DNA from: Felis catus
Taxonomy: Eukaryota
Direction of reading: 5' to 3'
Assembly: GCF_018350175.1 (NCBI RefSeq)
Contig: NC_058368.1
Coordinates: 119,228,001 to 119,292,000, forward strand
DNA length: 64,000 nt
Below the pieces are notes generated by a model, which was given only the letters and a program-made list of their open reading frames with translations, did no database searches and had not been told where the DNA came from. Position 1 is the first letter of the stretch; each line of letters starts with the position of its first letter. A program made the position numbers and the translations under genes. This document shows, piece after piece, positions 12,801 to 26,146 of this stretch.

Positions 12801-13691
12801 AGCAACTTCTTACTCAACATGCCTCCGGAGGCAAGGGAAACAAAAGCAAAATAAAAATAAAAATAAAAATAAAAATAAAAATAAAAATAAAAATAAAAAT
12901 AAAAATAAAAATAAAAATAAAAATCTTCTGCACAGCGAAGGAAACAATCAGCAAAACTAAAAGGCAACCGACAGAATGGGAGAAGATATTTGCAAATGCC
13001 ATATCAGATGAAGGATTAGAATCTATAAAGAACTTATCAAACTTAACACCCAAAACACAAAGAATCCAGTGAAGAAATGGGCAAAAGACATGAATAGACA
13101 CTTCTCCAAAGAAGACATCTAGATGGCTAAACGACACATGAAAAATGCTCAACATCACTCATCATCAGGGAAATACAAATCAAAATCACAATGAGATACC
13201 ACCTCACACCTGTCAGAATGGCTAACATTAACAACTCAGGCAACAACAGATGTTGGCAAGGATGCGGAGAAAGAGGATTTCTTCTGCATTGTTGGTGGGA
13301 ATGCAAGCTGGGGCAGCCACTCTGGAAAAGAGTATGGAGGTTCCTCAAAAAACTAAAAATAGAACTACTCTACAAGCCAGCAATTGCACTACTAGGCATT
13401 TATGCAAGGGATACAGGTGTGCTGTTTTGAAGGGACACATGCACCCCAATGTTTATAACAGCACTATCAACAATAGCCAAAGTATGGAAAGAGCCCAAAT
13501 GTCCACTGATGGATGAATGGATAAAGAAGATGTGGTATATATACACAATGGAGTATTACTCGGCAATCCAAAAGAATGAAATCTTGCCATTTGCAACTAC
13601 GTGGATGGAACTGGAGGGTATTATGCTAAGTGAAATTAGTCAGTCAGAGAAAGACAAATACCATATGACTTCACTCATAGGAGGACTTTAA
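9817..13691 (+). pseudogene. L1 ORF2p remnant (copy A): APE endonuclease, reverse transcriptase, C-terminal domain; many frameshifts and stops
   Basis: Fragments read [54 protein letters not shown] and end SLIGGL*. Confidence 0.95.
12848..12924. repeat. (AAAAAT)12 microsatellite inside L1-A ORF2
   Basis: Directly visible. Confidence 0.98.
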
Positions 13692-14484
13692 GAGACAAAA
13701 CAGATGAACATAAGGGATGGAAACAAAAATAATATAAAAACAGGGAGGGGGACAAAACAGAAGAGACTCATAAATATGGAGAACAAACAGAGGGTTACTA
13801 GAGGGGGTGTGGGAGGGAGGATGGGCTAAAGGGGTAAGGGGCATTAAGGAATGTACTCCTGAAATCATTGTTGAAGTATATGCTAACTAATTTGGATGGA
13901 AATTAAAAAATATATAAAATTAAACAAAAGACAGTGACATATGTAAATCAGCACCTAACGTTCATATATATGCATACAGTGCCTTTTTTTCTATCTAAAA
14001 TGCACCTCCATACCCTCTAATACCTGCCTGTGGGAAGGTGGTCCACTTACAACATTTTGGTGAGAAGAGAAAAGAAAATGATGGGACTGTGGGAATCTAC
14101 TCCTGTTCTCCTCAGAGCCCTGTGCTGTTGGATCTGCCATACTCTGAAATACTCTGAGACCATTTTTAGTTTCATGCCATGAAGGAGACACACATTAATT
14201 ATAGGTTGGAATGGGAATGGAATGCTGCGGCAGCACAATGCATTTTAGTAGAAATGATCTGAGCTCATGCACTGTTGAGAGTTTACCCTCATGCATGCTG
14301 CTACTGTTGAGTCTTTTTCTCTATGTTGTGCTTTTCTTTGTTTTCTTTCCTCTTACTGTTGCATTTAAATGACATCACTATGAGACCTTAAAACCACAAT
14401 GAGTGAACATGATGATACCACATTGTATGAAAAGGAAGGTGTTTAATGAAGATACTTTAAAATATGTATCTTATATGGTAGAGT

Positions 14485-14696
14485 TTTTTTAAAATTTATT
14501 TTGAGAGTGTGCATGCACAAGTAGGGGAGGGACAGAGCGGGGGGCAGGGGGAGAGACAGGGAGGGAGGGAGATAGAGTCCCAAGCAGGCTCCACACTATC
14601 AATGCAGAGCCAGATGTGAGGCTCAAACTCAGGAACTCTGAGATCATGACTTGAGCCAAAGTTGGGCACTTAACCAACCGAGCTACCCAGGTGCTC
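14485..14696 (-). mobile_element. CAN-SINE
   Basis: Typical body. Flanking repeat tgtatcttata(tg/ca)gtaga at 14465 and 14698. Confidence 0.9.
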
Positions 14697-16924
14697 TTGT
14701 ATCTTATACAGTAGAATCTTAATTGCAATCCAGTTTGATGAAGCTATTATCACACTTCTTTATCCATGACTAGACCAGTCAGGCGACTTATCTTGGAAGA
14801 TAACTTGCTTTAGACAAGAGATAACTCTTTCTCTCTTTGACTTACATCTTTTACTTTCTAATGTTCTATTCAATTTTGGGTACGGTTACCTGTGGTTTCA
14901 CATTCGTTGTCAAATATCTCCAAAACCAAATAGGTTCACTTTAAATATTATATAATTTTTAATTTGATCTCAACATTTTTTCTCAGCACAGTAGCAATAT
15001 TGCATCTTTTTATAGTATTTAATATGGCTTTTACAATTTATATTAGTGATGTGCTACTGAGACCTTAAAGGTTCTGATCTATTATAGAATAGGTAGTCAA
15101 CGCTTATATAAGCAGAGCTTCCTTGTCAACCAAACATCATATATTTTTTTCTAATATAAGATTGGGCAATTTTCTACTCCACTGATGTCTGCCATTACAA
15201 TAATGAAGCCGGTTACATTTTCTTTGTAACAAGATGACTAATTTGGTTGCTGGCTTTCTGTTTCAATTCCATCTTGTATTTAAATTAGTTGAAAATATAG
15301 ATTCTGTGTTTGTCTTCTGCATGTGCAGGGTCAGATGTAAAAGTCATTTATTAATTCTATTTGGCTCCAACATTAATATCTAAGAGGAATTTTTGTCTTG
15401 TCATGTTTTTCTCCCACTTTTACAGGCTCATTATTCAAATAAGATGATAAAGTGTGATTACTCCATATAAGGCTGCTCAATTCAAAGAGAAATTGTGGAT
15501 ATTTCTCAAAACTAATTTGAATGTGGGTCATATAGATGGAAAAAAGCTCAGAAAGCTAGAGAGAAAAATGTCATCTTTTGTGTGGGAGCCTTTCTTTTGA
15601 GACCAGACTCTACGTTTTGAACATAGAATTTTTTCCTTTCAGTTCACTCTGTGATGGATGGGGCTAGTGGAGGACTCCAAAAGCCTATGCAAATGACCTT
15701 TTGATCATATGGATTTGTATAGAGTTTTCTCAACTTTGGTCTTGTTACTCCCATTAGTTGATGGCTCTTTGAAGACAGAAGCCATATCTCATACATCTTG
15801 TACATTTACCAAGAGTTCTTCACCAAATAGATGAACAACAAATGGTCTCTGTAAATAAAGCATTAAGAGATGTTTGGAAAAGAGAGAGATGGAAAATGAG
15901 CTTAGAGTTCCTAAGGACATTTCTATAAGTAGGTAGTTATATGTTGTGTGCTTTATTTTTTTTTGGAAGATCCTTTCTGAGCCCAAATGGCTATCTACTT
16001 GAGTAGGGGAGGCATACCCTTACATGGCTTAACATTCACATCTTTGGAGCCACAAAATGAATAAGTCATGGCTGGCCAAGGAGATTAATCACACATACAA
16101 TGAGTTATGTTGAGTTGGTGATGATCCCTTATTGGTAGAGAGAAGGGAACTCAGACTATTCCTAGGTTCAGTGAAAAAGAGGAACATGATGGCCATCTCT
16201 GGGTTTTCTAGTCAAGATAGTCTTTTCTGATTGGTAGTGTAATCTCCCAGATTCACCCTTCATTCTTCTGTCACAGCCTAAATTATCTAAGAGGCTTCTG
16301 TACCTACCCAGCCTTAAGCTGGAATTAGTCCCTGTTCCATCCCTGCTCACATAGCACATTATTCTGGCCTTTATTTTATATTTGTCACTGTCTTGCCTCT
16401 CTACCTTTTTAACTACCTACCTGCCTAACTATCTACACATGCCAGTTTCCCTAAAGCAGCTGCTCTTTGGGGCCAGGGACAACCTTTTTTTTTTCTTACC
16501 CCAAATGCCCAATATGGATAGGCTCTGCTTATAGGACATGCTTCATAAATGATGATAAAGGAAACTGAGCAGTTGGTTAATTGACAAAAGGTCACCCAAG
16601 ATAATTGCAGTGATTAAGGAACTATTGGTATTTAAGAGGAATAGAATCTTCAATGGGTGTAGACTGACTCGGATCTATAGCAATGGAGTCAAGTGTATGG
16701 GATTTCATAGACTGTGTGTCAATGGCATAAGCTCATTCTTGAATTTTTGCCAGTTCAAGAGGATATTAATGGCAACCTGAGTCAACCAGTGCTCTAAATG
16801 TCACTCTACCTTGTGCTCTGTCAACACAGAGGGGACAACCTGGGGTGGTGAGTTATACTGAATCAACCTTGAGGAAACAACAAGAAAAGGCAGATATTTA
16901 AAAAGGGCTATGTTCCCCAATGCA

Positions 16925-17277
16925 TGCCTGGGTGACTTGGCCAAATTACTTAACCTCTGTAAGCCTGATTTCTTCCTCCCATGTAGAATGGAGATAACGG
17001 TATCCACTATATAGGCTGGAATTAAGTGAGATTATTTAACGTTTATTTATTTTTGGGGGGGACAGAGAGAGACAGAGCATGAACGGGGGAGGGGCAGAGA
17101 GAGAGGGAGACACAGAATCGGAAACAGGCTCCAGGCTCTGAGCCATCAGCCCAGAGCCCGACGCGGGGCTCGAACTCCTGGACCGCGAGATCGTGACCTG
17201 GCTGAAGTCGGACACTTAACCGACTGCGCCACCCAGGCGCCCCAAGTGAGATTATTTAGGCAAAATGTTTAACATGG
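16925..17277 (+). mobile_element. MIR remnant interrupted by a SINE and an LTR
   Basis: Core gtgacttggccaaattacttaacctctgtaagcctgatttc...tgtagaatggagataa; tail appears to resume after 18112. Confidence 0.7.
17039..17243 (-). mobile_element. Very young feline CAN-SINE (SINEC_Fc-like) inserted in a MIR
   Basis: CpG-rich body. Perfect 15-bp TSD aagtgagattattta at 17024-17038 and 17244-17258. Confidence 0.97.
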
Positions 17278-18112
17278 TGTGATATAACTATTTATGAGAA
17301 ATATATATTTGGTCACTTAAATGACCAAATATATTTGGTTTTCATCCATAGTTTCTGAAAATGCTTCAGAGCCTCCAAAATAAAATGGGTGCCTTGTTAT
17401 TGATGAAAGTGACTTTTGGACCTCGCCCAAGGGCAGGGGCTGGTTTCCAGGTGGACCAACCATGATTAAAGAGTTGGAACTTTCAGTTTCCAACCTTCAA
17501 CCTCTGGCCGGGGGAGAGGGGCTGAAGGTTGGATCAGTGAATTGTCAATGACTTGGTCAATTAGGACTATGCAACAAAGTCCCTAAAAAACCCAAGAGGA
17601 TAGCTTCTTTGTCCTTTTTCAGAGAGCTTTCACACTTGAGGAACCAGAATGTTTCCATGTGTCACCAAGCGAGGCTCCAAGCTCCACAAGGACAGAAGTT
17701 TCTTTGGGACCTTGCTGTATGTATCTCCTATGTATCTCTTCATCCGGCTGATAATTCATATTGTTTGTTATATACTTTAATAAACTGGTAAATTTAGGTG
17801 TTTCCCTGAGTTCTGCAAGCCCCTGTAGCAAATTAACTGAATGTAAGGTTGTTGAAACCGCTAATCTGTATCTGGTCAGTCAGAAGCACTGGTTGAAGCC
17901 CAGGGCTTGTGACTGGCATATCAAGTGGGGAGTGGGGAGGCAGTCTTATATGACTGTGCCCTTAACCTCTGGAATCTGATGCTATCTCTGGGTAGTGTCA
18001 GAAATGACCTGAATTCTGAATACCTGGCTGATATCTGAGAGTTGCAGGTGTTGTGTGTGTGTGGGACCCCCTTCTACTATGTTGGAAATGGGTCCAGGAA
18101 CCCTAAGTAACA
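17278..18112 (+). mobile_element. Solo LTR, MER21-like
   Basis: TG...CA termini. tgtgatataa...gaaatatatatttggtc start, ggggctgg...ccatgattaaagagttggaactttcag core, and taataaactggtaa...tgtttccctgagttctg signature. TSD not resolved. Confidence 0.75.
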
Positions 18113-18827
18113 GGGTATGCTCAAAGAACATTAGCATAAATAAAGATGATTGTATGCACTATTTCTCCTTATTTGCTATTTCATTTCCATTCCTTACTGC
18201 ACATGAAAGAACTGTATGCTGGCGGAAAATATGCCCTGAGTTTCTCTTAACTGTCTAAACCTTAAAAAAATGATTTTGACACATCGTGAAGAATGGCTGC
18301 ATTGGAAACTGAGGTCATGTGACTTTCTGAACTTTCCAAAGAGGACATGTTTACTGATCTACACCAGCTAGAGCATTTGGCATAACTGTCCTAAATCATG
18401 AATCCTTCAATTAACTGATGCATTAGTCAATAAATGTGGGATAAATGCCTTTGGACACATTTCACAGTGTCCCCAGACTTTCATATCCCTCCCCACTCCC
18501 TAACCTATCCACTAAATATTAGGAATCTGGGCAACAGCATAAATCAAAAACTCAAAGTTACTCTTAAGGATGCTTTCCAATCATTTTTACAAGTGATTAC
18601 TTTTGAGTGTAGACAGAGCAGCCACCTCTGTTTACAATGAAGAAACTGAAGCCCAAAAGGTTAAGTAACGCAACCATAGCAACCACACTAATCAATGGCC
18701 AGATTGGTGCAAAGATAATTTCACTTGCTGCAGAGATGGGTGAGATAGCAATTTCCCTCAGAGAGGCACAGGCCTGACTGGTCACTTAGCTGGGATGATT
18801 CCCACATCATGCTGACAGGCACATGGA

Positions 18828-19090
18828 AAATAATAAGAGCAGCTCACATTTATTGAATACTGAAGTCCCCAACACAGTGCCCAGTACTTTGAACGTAGCA
18901 TCTCTAATCCTTATAACAAAGGCCTGGGGTAGGTACTATTATTATTCCCACTTTCCAGATGAGGAAATAGACAAGGTACTTAACAGTTTGTCCGAGGTCA
19001 CCCAACTTATAAATGGTAGGAAGTAAAATTTAAATTCAGGTTTTCCCAACTCCTATGTGCATATTCTTAACCAATACGGACCCTGCCTCT
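18828..19090 (-). mobile_element. MIR, near full length
   Basis: cacatttattgaatac...attattcccactttccagatgaggaaat...cgaggtcacccaacttataaatggt. Further MIR pieces lie near 22490-22660, 34630-35140, 46160-46380 and 51275-51855. Confidence 0.8.
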
Positions 19091-21218
19091 CTTAGTCATT
19101 TAATATCAACCATCGTGGTTTCATGACTATGTTTTCTACTTACTGACAGAGCTTTGTGGAGAAATGTGGAGAGGGTTGGGGTGGGATGGGGAGATAGGAG
19201 AGGAGGTGGGATGAAGAAGAAATGGCTCATCTGGTCAGTTACCTCACCTCCTCTATATTTACTTATTCCTACTACGGGCCAGGTGCCATACTAGATACCG
19301 GCTATAGCTGTGGAGATTACCAACCTTCTGGCTGTCATGAGGCTAAGTGACTCAAGAATCCTGCACCACTTCACGCAGGACACTGAATGTGTGTGACCAC
19401 TTGAGAAGATGTGGGTACCATGCTGTAACATCACTTACAGCTTCGTCTGGATAAGCTGACCTGAGAGCAGGACTCCCTCACAGCTGTCAAGACCTAAGAG
19501 AATGTTCATGAAGATATGTCACCATTTCTCTGTAAGCCCCTTCTGAGGCCCATGTTTTGACTTACGGTATGTATTCTGTACTGTCTATGCCCCTCTGTGT
19601 GGAGTGGATCATATTGCAGCTCTGAAGTTATGTGTAACCATAGTGAAGCAGCAGGCATAACGCTGCCGTTGGCTGGTAACTATTTCTAATAACAGACTGG
19701 CTGCATCCCTGCAGGGTTCTTAATGCATGGCAGGGCATAGCTAGCCAGCAGCCTTCCTTGTTTTCTGTGAGCAAGGGTGGAGGTGGCCCTGAGGTAGGGC
19801 CTTGGGAAGCCTCTCTTCCTTACAGTTCTAATACACTGTCCTGGGAATCCGTCCCACCCTCTTCCTGTCCATGCCCGTGACTGTCAGTCATTAAGAGCTT
19901 CAGGACAGGGGAGAATGGGAACAACTGCAGATTCCCCAGATGTGTTCAGTGATTGTGACTCACTGCATCATCTGGCCCCAGAGAACAATTTTCCAAATAT
20001 TTCTCCTCAACATCTCTTTCCATCAAACTAAAATGACAGATAGAAAAAAAAGAAAAAAGCTCTGAGTAAAGGATAAAAAGTTTCATAATGGGATTTGAGA
20101 GCCTGGGCAATCATGTCATTAAAAAAAAAATTGGCTGCCATACAGCTAGCTCAAATGACACCAGGCACATTGCCTAGTGAACTTCAGATGAATAGGCACT
20201 GGAGTCTGTCTGGGCCTGATTTTTGGAGCCTCTGTGAAGAGAGGCATCTGAGGTGTGTATGCAAACTGCAGAGAGCCTGAGGTGCGCGTGGTTAGCCTGA
20301 GGGAAGCTCCAGCCTGGGGAACGTGGAAGGTGGTCTTTATCGGTCTGCCAGAATTTCTGTGGGGACTCATGCCCACCTTTCCTTCTCCCACAGGGATGGA
20401 AAAACAGACACTGCTATGGCACATGCAATATGGTGAACAGATATCCACCTCACACATGTGAAGTGACTTGGCTTGCCAGAGACATAAAGGTAGCAGAAGT
20501 GGTTTTGGGCACAGTGGGGGAGGAAACTCACAAACCATGCTCCACTACCCCTCCAGGATGAGGAGTATAAGACAGTTCCATGCCATCCACCGGGAGCCCC
20601 CAATTTAAGAGCCAGATGCAAGAGAATTTAAGTCAGGAAGCAATATCTACCAGGTAGCTTTCCGAGCCCTAGTCACCTTCATCTGGCCTGTGACATGACT
20701 ATTTAACCCTTGTTTACATTTACACATTCACACTCTACCCTGACTCACATCCTTTGTTTCCTTCACAAACTTCTAGCCTCCTAGCAACTACTGTCATCCA
20801 TCTTTCCCCGGGTTCACCTTTTCCCTGAATTGACCCCATCAACTTGTGAGACGGCCAAGGGTTTCCGCCTAGTCCTTGAGTCAGCTGAATATACAAATGC
20901 CTGTACCTGTGCCAGTGCATCTTTGTCATGCTTGTGGTCCACCTGCTTTTTGTTTATCAGCTTCTGTACACATGGAAGGTAGCTCTGCATTCCCGCCTGA
21001 GATACATTCGTGAATCGTGTCCTATGTCACCACCTAGGGTGAGCCAAGAAAATTACTTATAGTGAATCAGGAACACCTTTGTTTGTGTCACGAAAACCAG
21101 TGCGTCTTTTTAACAGACGCACCTCACTTTACGAAAACTTAATATGTGACGATTCAGGTTTAAGCGTGAAAACTGAATTTAGACATAGCTCTTCAAGAAC
21201 TAGATATGCTGAATAAAC

Positions 21219-21929
21219 CAGTGGTTCTCAAAGTTGGGACCACCTTCTCAGAGAAGGTTTTGGAAATTTGTGGGGACATTTTTGCTACTTTCAATGATTG
21301 AGGTAATGTGGTGGACAGTTACTGAGAGAGGCCTGGGGAGGCTAGATCACAGAGTCTTATACAACAAAGAATTGTCTTGGCAGACTCCCGCAGACTAAAA
21401 CCAACTCTTTTAAACACCATCACAAAATGTTTTTATACCGTTTTAATGCAATCTTAATTTTCTAGGAATGCAACTACAATAAAAAAATATATATATATAT
21501 ATCAAAGGGGATTGTGTTTTGATTTGTTTGGAACTTTGCCAAGAGGTTTTCACCATTTGGAGGCACAAAAAAAAATCACATCACAGACAGCAATGGTCAA
21601 GTGGCTTTTGAGTCACGGTATACACACTGGCAGTGGGCTTCATTGTGGCTATTACATTCGTGGTAATACGATCACTATTAGTAATAGCATTGTCCATGCT
21701 AATACTCTGTGTCTTAGAAAAATGTTTTCTACTGCCATCATGCCTGAGATTTTTACTGATGAGATGGTATTATAAATGACTTACTTCTCTTGTATATTAC
21801 GTGAACATTGTATTTATCCTATCAATTTTATATGAGTTACATAACCTATGAATTTCTATACAAGGTGGTTAAGAAGGGGTTATTTTTTATAAAAGTGGAC
21901 TTTGCATTTGATGGAGACAAGAACCACTG
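21219..21929. mobile_element. hAT-Charlie DNA transposon fossil (MER20B-like)
   Basis: TIRs cagtggttct / agaaccactg; degenerate 8-bp TSD gaataaac / gcataaag. Confidence 0.75.
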
Positions 21930-23721
21930 GCATAAAGCAACATGTGTCTGTCATTCGGAGACATTTTCCATTTGCACAAAGAGAAGAGATTTCCTGCCAC
22001 AGGATGAGAACACTGGGGCAGAGATTTTCAACATAAGTTATGTGATAAAAAGTCTGAAAAAGGACTTATATTTAATTGTTTTTAAAGTTAGATAGCCACC
22101 TATCAAGCAACCCCTCCTATGCCTAGCTCATTTTTGTTCTAATATTTGAGAAGCTTCCTGACTACATCACTTTGCAGGATTTCTTGGGTATTAAAAATTC
22201 AGGGACCTGACCATCTAGAAGCATAGACTGCCCTCTCTTGGAGGGTGATCTGCTTTAAGATGAGAGTATTTAAATATTTAGCATTTATAACCTTGAATTC
22301 CTTCCAACAAATGATGTGTCTTTTAATTGAAATTCTGAAATGCCCCTGAACCCTTTTTACAATATCTCTAAGGTGGCTATAATGCAATGCTAGGCTTTTC
22401 AAAATCATTTTAGATGGCAGGTGGCCAGTTAAGCAGTGTCTATTGTAAACAACAAGATGAGCAAATAAACTTAGAAGACTAGAAGAAAGATGGCCTTTAG
22501 CGTTAAGCAGACCTGGTCCATTTCATGGCTCTACTACTTACTGCCTGACTTCTAAGCACTCAGTGTCCACTTCTGTATAATGGGCATAATACCATCTGTC
22601 TCAATAAGCTGATTTGAGGATTAAATGAGATCACAAATAGAAAGCTTTTACTAGAAGGCCCAGTTTACAAAAGGGACCGAAGAAAATGCATGAATCACCA
22701 TCCTCCCAGGACCTGAGCAATGAAAGTGACCTAGTTGGCTAGTCAAATGCCCCATTAGACTTTATAGGTCTCTTCTATAAATGGTGAATCAAAAAATTCA
22801 AGTCCATATTGTTCCTTTGTTTTCTTCTCTTGACCTGTGGTGACTAATCCTATTTCATAACCTGAATATAGTTAAGAGTCACAGCAAAATAGGAAAACAT
22901 TTGAAGTTTAATCCTGTGAAAATTATAATCAACTCCTCCCTTCCAGAACTATCTCTTTTCCCTTTCCCCAACAAATTACAGTGAGTCCTAAAAGCAGAAT
23001 GGATGGCCAGCTCAGATGTCTATTGTCATAGTCCACTTTTTAAGAATTGTAGTACTCAGCATATTAAGATTTAAATTTCTATACAGAACATCCTGCAAAT
23101 CCTCTCCTTACTTGAGCTTCAAATCACACACGAAAAGAAATTGATTCTTTACCATGAATAAAAGATAATTAATGGTAAAATTCTCTTTAGATTGTTTGAA
23201 GGCCATCCCACAAGATGGATATTGAATGGTGTTGAATAAGTGGGCAAAAAAGCCTTTTTAGTCGAAGGGTCTCAGTGGGGATAGTTATATCTCATTTCTG
23301 AAAAGGGCGTTCTGCTCTCATTATTTCTGCTTTCCCTAAAAGTTGGGATTCTTGCCTTGAGACAATAATAATTCAGCATCGTGTACTTGTGTTAGCAGTC
23401 AATAATATTCTTCCACATAAAAATGTGGCCCATACATATGTGTTCTATTTCTAATTTCGTTCTTCCTATAATCTATTCTCTCCCTGAAAGTAGGCCTTCC
23501 TCAGTATAGTCATTGATGGAAGAGGCTTCATTCCATTCCACACAGGCAGCTGAAGTGCACAGACTGGGTTTGGGGTGAGATTCTTGACCTACTGTGTTTT
23601 AAGGAACAATCAATCAATTGTTCTCTACGTAGTTTTCTCCTTTCTAAAATGAGGGTCCTACTTTGCCATCACCATAAGGTATGTGAAAGGCCAGACGTTA
23701 CCACATAATGCTTTATAATGT

Positions 23722-25045
23722 CATTTTTGAGATATTATTGACATATAGCATGGTAGGAGTTTTAAATAATTTATGTATATATTGCAAATGATTCACAATA
23801 AATCTAGTTAACATCTGTCACTACAAAGAGATAATTTTTTTTGTGATAATAAATTTTAAGACCTACTCTCTAACAACTTCCAAATATACAATACGGTCTT
23901 GTTAACTATAGTCATCATGCTATACATCACATCCCCAGGATGTACATCTTATAACTGGAAATTTTTACCTTTTGACCACTTTCACCCATTTTTCCTGCCT
24001 CCCTGCCTCTGGCAACCACCAATTTGTTCTCTGTATCTATGTACTTATGGGTTCAGCTTTTTGTTTGTTCTTTTTTTTTTTTTTTAGATTCTACATCTAA
24101 ATGACATCTTGTTTTTTTTTTATTTATTTCACTTAGCATAATGCACTAAAGGCCTATGCATATTGTCACAGGATTTCCTTTTTTATGGCTAAATAATATT
24201 CCATTATATATCTCTAACTATATACTGATAGCTCACATTTTCTTTACCCATTCATCCATTGACCTTTAACTGTTTCTGTGTTTTGGCTATTATAAATAAT
24301 GCTTCAATGGACATAGGGGTACAGATACCTTCTTGAGACAGTGATTTCATTTCCTTCAGATAAATACCCAGAAGTGGAATTGTTGGATCATCCGGTATTT
24401 CCATTTTTAATTTTTGGAGAAACCTCCATACTGCTTTTCACAGAGGATCTACCAAGTTATAGTCCCACCAACAATGCAAAAGTATTCTCTTTTTCCACAC
24501 CCCCACCAGCACTTCTTAGGTCTTGTCTTTTTGGTACTGACCATTCTAACAGGTATGAGGTGGTAGCTCACTATGGTTTTGATTTGAATTTCCCTGATGA
24601 TTAGTGATGCTGAGTATCTTTTTATGTACCTGGTCATCTACACATCTTCTTTGGAAAAATGTCTACTTAGATCCTCTTCCCATTTTTTTTAATTAGGCAT
24701 TTTATTTATTAGAAGATTTCATTTTTAAGTCATCTTTACATCCAACATAGGTCTTGAACTCACAACCCTGAGATCAAAAGTCTCAGGCTCCACTGACTGA
24801 GTCAGCCAGGCACCTACTCTGCCCATTTTTCAACCACAGTTGTTTTTCTGTTGAGTTGTAGGAGTTCTTTAAGTAGTTTGCATATTACCCCCTTATCAGA
24901 TACATAATTTGCAAATATTTTCTTCCATTCCGTAGGTTACCTCTTCATTTTGTTGATGGTTTTCTTTGCTATGCAAAAGCTTTTTAGTCTAATGGAGTCC
25001 CACTTGTTTATTTTTGCTTTCATTCTTTGCTTTTGGTGTCTAAAT
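23722..25045 (-). mobile_element. Older 5'-truncated L1 (L1MA9/L1_Carn-like 3' end plus ORF2 C-terminus)
   Basis: The minus-strand ORF 24449-24637 resembles the L1 ORF2 C-terminus ([19 protein letters not shown]); typical old-L1 3'UTR follows. Confidence 0.85.
24688..24815 (-). mobile_element. Short older CAN-SINE (no CT tract) nested in an old L1
   Basis: cttgaactcacaaccctgagatc...ctgagtcagccaggcacc. TSD ctct(t/g)cccattttt at 24674-24687 and 24817-24830. Confidence 0.85.
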
Positions 25046-25650
25046 GTACAATATAAAGGATGAAGAAAGAAATACCATGTAAAATATAAAAGATGAGTGC
25101 CGTCCTCTCGTTATTCCTTGAGTTACACTTTACTCATGAATAAAGAATACTACTGATAGTAATAATAATGGTCAACTCAAAACATGGCTAGAGGACATCA
25201 GTCAAGAATGGCATAAAGCTCTCATGTTTTCCTCAGATAAGTATCTTGGATCTATTGGCTTTTAGCTATATTTCTTTGTATTATTATTTTTTTGTGGCTT
25301 CCCTGGGAATCACAGTATCATCCATCCTTAACTGTTTGTTGTCTATGTACAGTTAATTTACCATTTCAGGTAAATTGTGGAAATGTTGCATCCATATAGG
25401 GCCATATCCACCCTCCCTTCCTTTATGCTAAAGTAGTTGGTTGTATTCCATCTCTGTGCCTTACATATCAGAAATTCACCCATTAAAGTATACATTTCAA
25501 TGGTTTTTAGGAGATTCAGAGAATTGTTCAATCACCACAATCAATTTTAGGACACTTTGATCACGCCCAGAAGAAACCCCATACCCATTAGCAGTCACTT
25601 CCCATCCCTGCGCCTATCCCTGTCCCAACTGCAGGCAACCACTAATCCAC

Positions 25651-25867
25651 TTTTTAAAAAAAAAAAACTTATTTAAAAAAAATTTTTTAAGAGAGAGAGT
25701 GAATGAGAGCAGGGGAGGGACAGAGGAAGAGAGAGAGAATCTCTCTCAAGCAGGCTCCATGCTCAGTCCAGAGCCCAACATGGGGCTTGATCTCACGATA
25801 CTGGGACCATGACCTGAGCCAAAATCAAGAGTCAGACACTCAACTGACGGAGCCACCTAGGCGTCCC
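25651..25867 (-). mobile_element. CAN-SINE
   Basis: GA-rich tract; ends agccacctaggcgtccc on the + strand. Confidence 0.88.
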
Positions 25868-26146
25868 AAAAGGTCTCTTAAATTTTTTCCTGTTATTCAT
25901 ATTGGATAATTTTTGTTCATCTGTCTTCAAGTTCACTTATTTTCCTTCACATCTCCATTCAATTCCTAAGTGTGCAGTTCATTTTTTCTTAATTTCAGAT
26001 ACTGCATTTTTTTTGGTTCTAGAATTTTCATTTCATTCTTTTTTATTGTCCCTATTTCTCTGAGGAGACCTCCTGTCTTTTTATCCATCATCCTATGCAT
26101 CCTGTAGGTTAGTTATAAGAACTACATTAAAATTTTTGCTTTTTAT

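Larger units (their letters stand above)
6854..13925 (+). mobile_element. Full-length LINE-1 copy A (carnivore/felid type), inactivated
   Basis: Starts gagggagggagccaagatgg, followed by a GC-rich then AT-rich 5'UTR, ORF1 and ORF2 remnants, a G-rich 3'UTR and a decayed A tail. TSD aaaagacagtaaca (6840-6853) / aaaagacagtgaca (13926-13939). Confidence 0.97.

Noticed and set aside
12611..13158. Minus-strand ORFs with FYFYFY or FIFIFI repeats (also 43512-44047, and YVFMYLCI repeats at 40145-40451)
   Set aside because: They are translations of microsatellites antisense to L1.
9817..13691. Active autonomous L1 or a novel reverse-transcriptase system
   Set aside because: Both ORFs in both copies carry several stops and frameshifts; the domains are standard L1 ORF1p/ORF2p.
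13676..13691. Apparent shared read-through at the ORF2 stop (SLIGGL*)
   Set aside because: Human ORF2p ends similarly (SLIGGN), so it cannot be counted as a lesion without the feline consensus.
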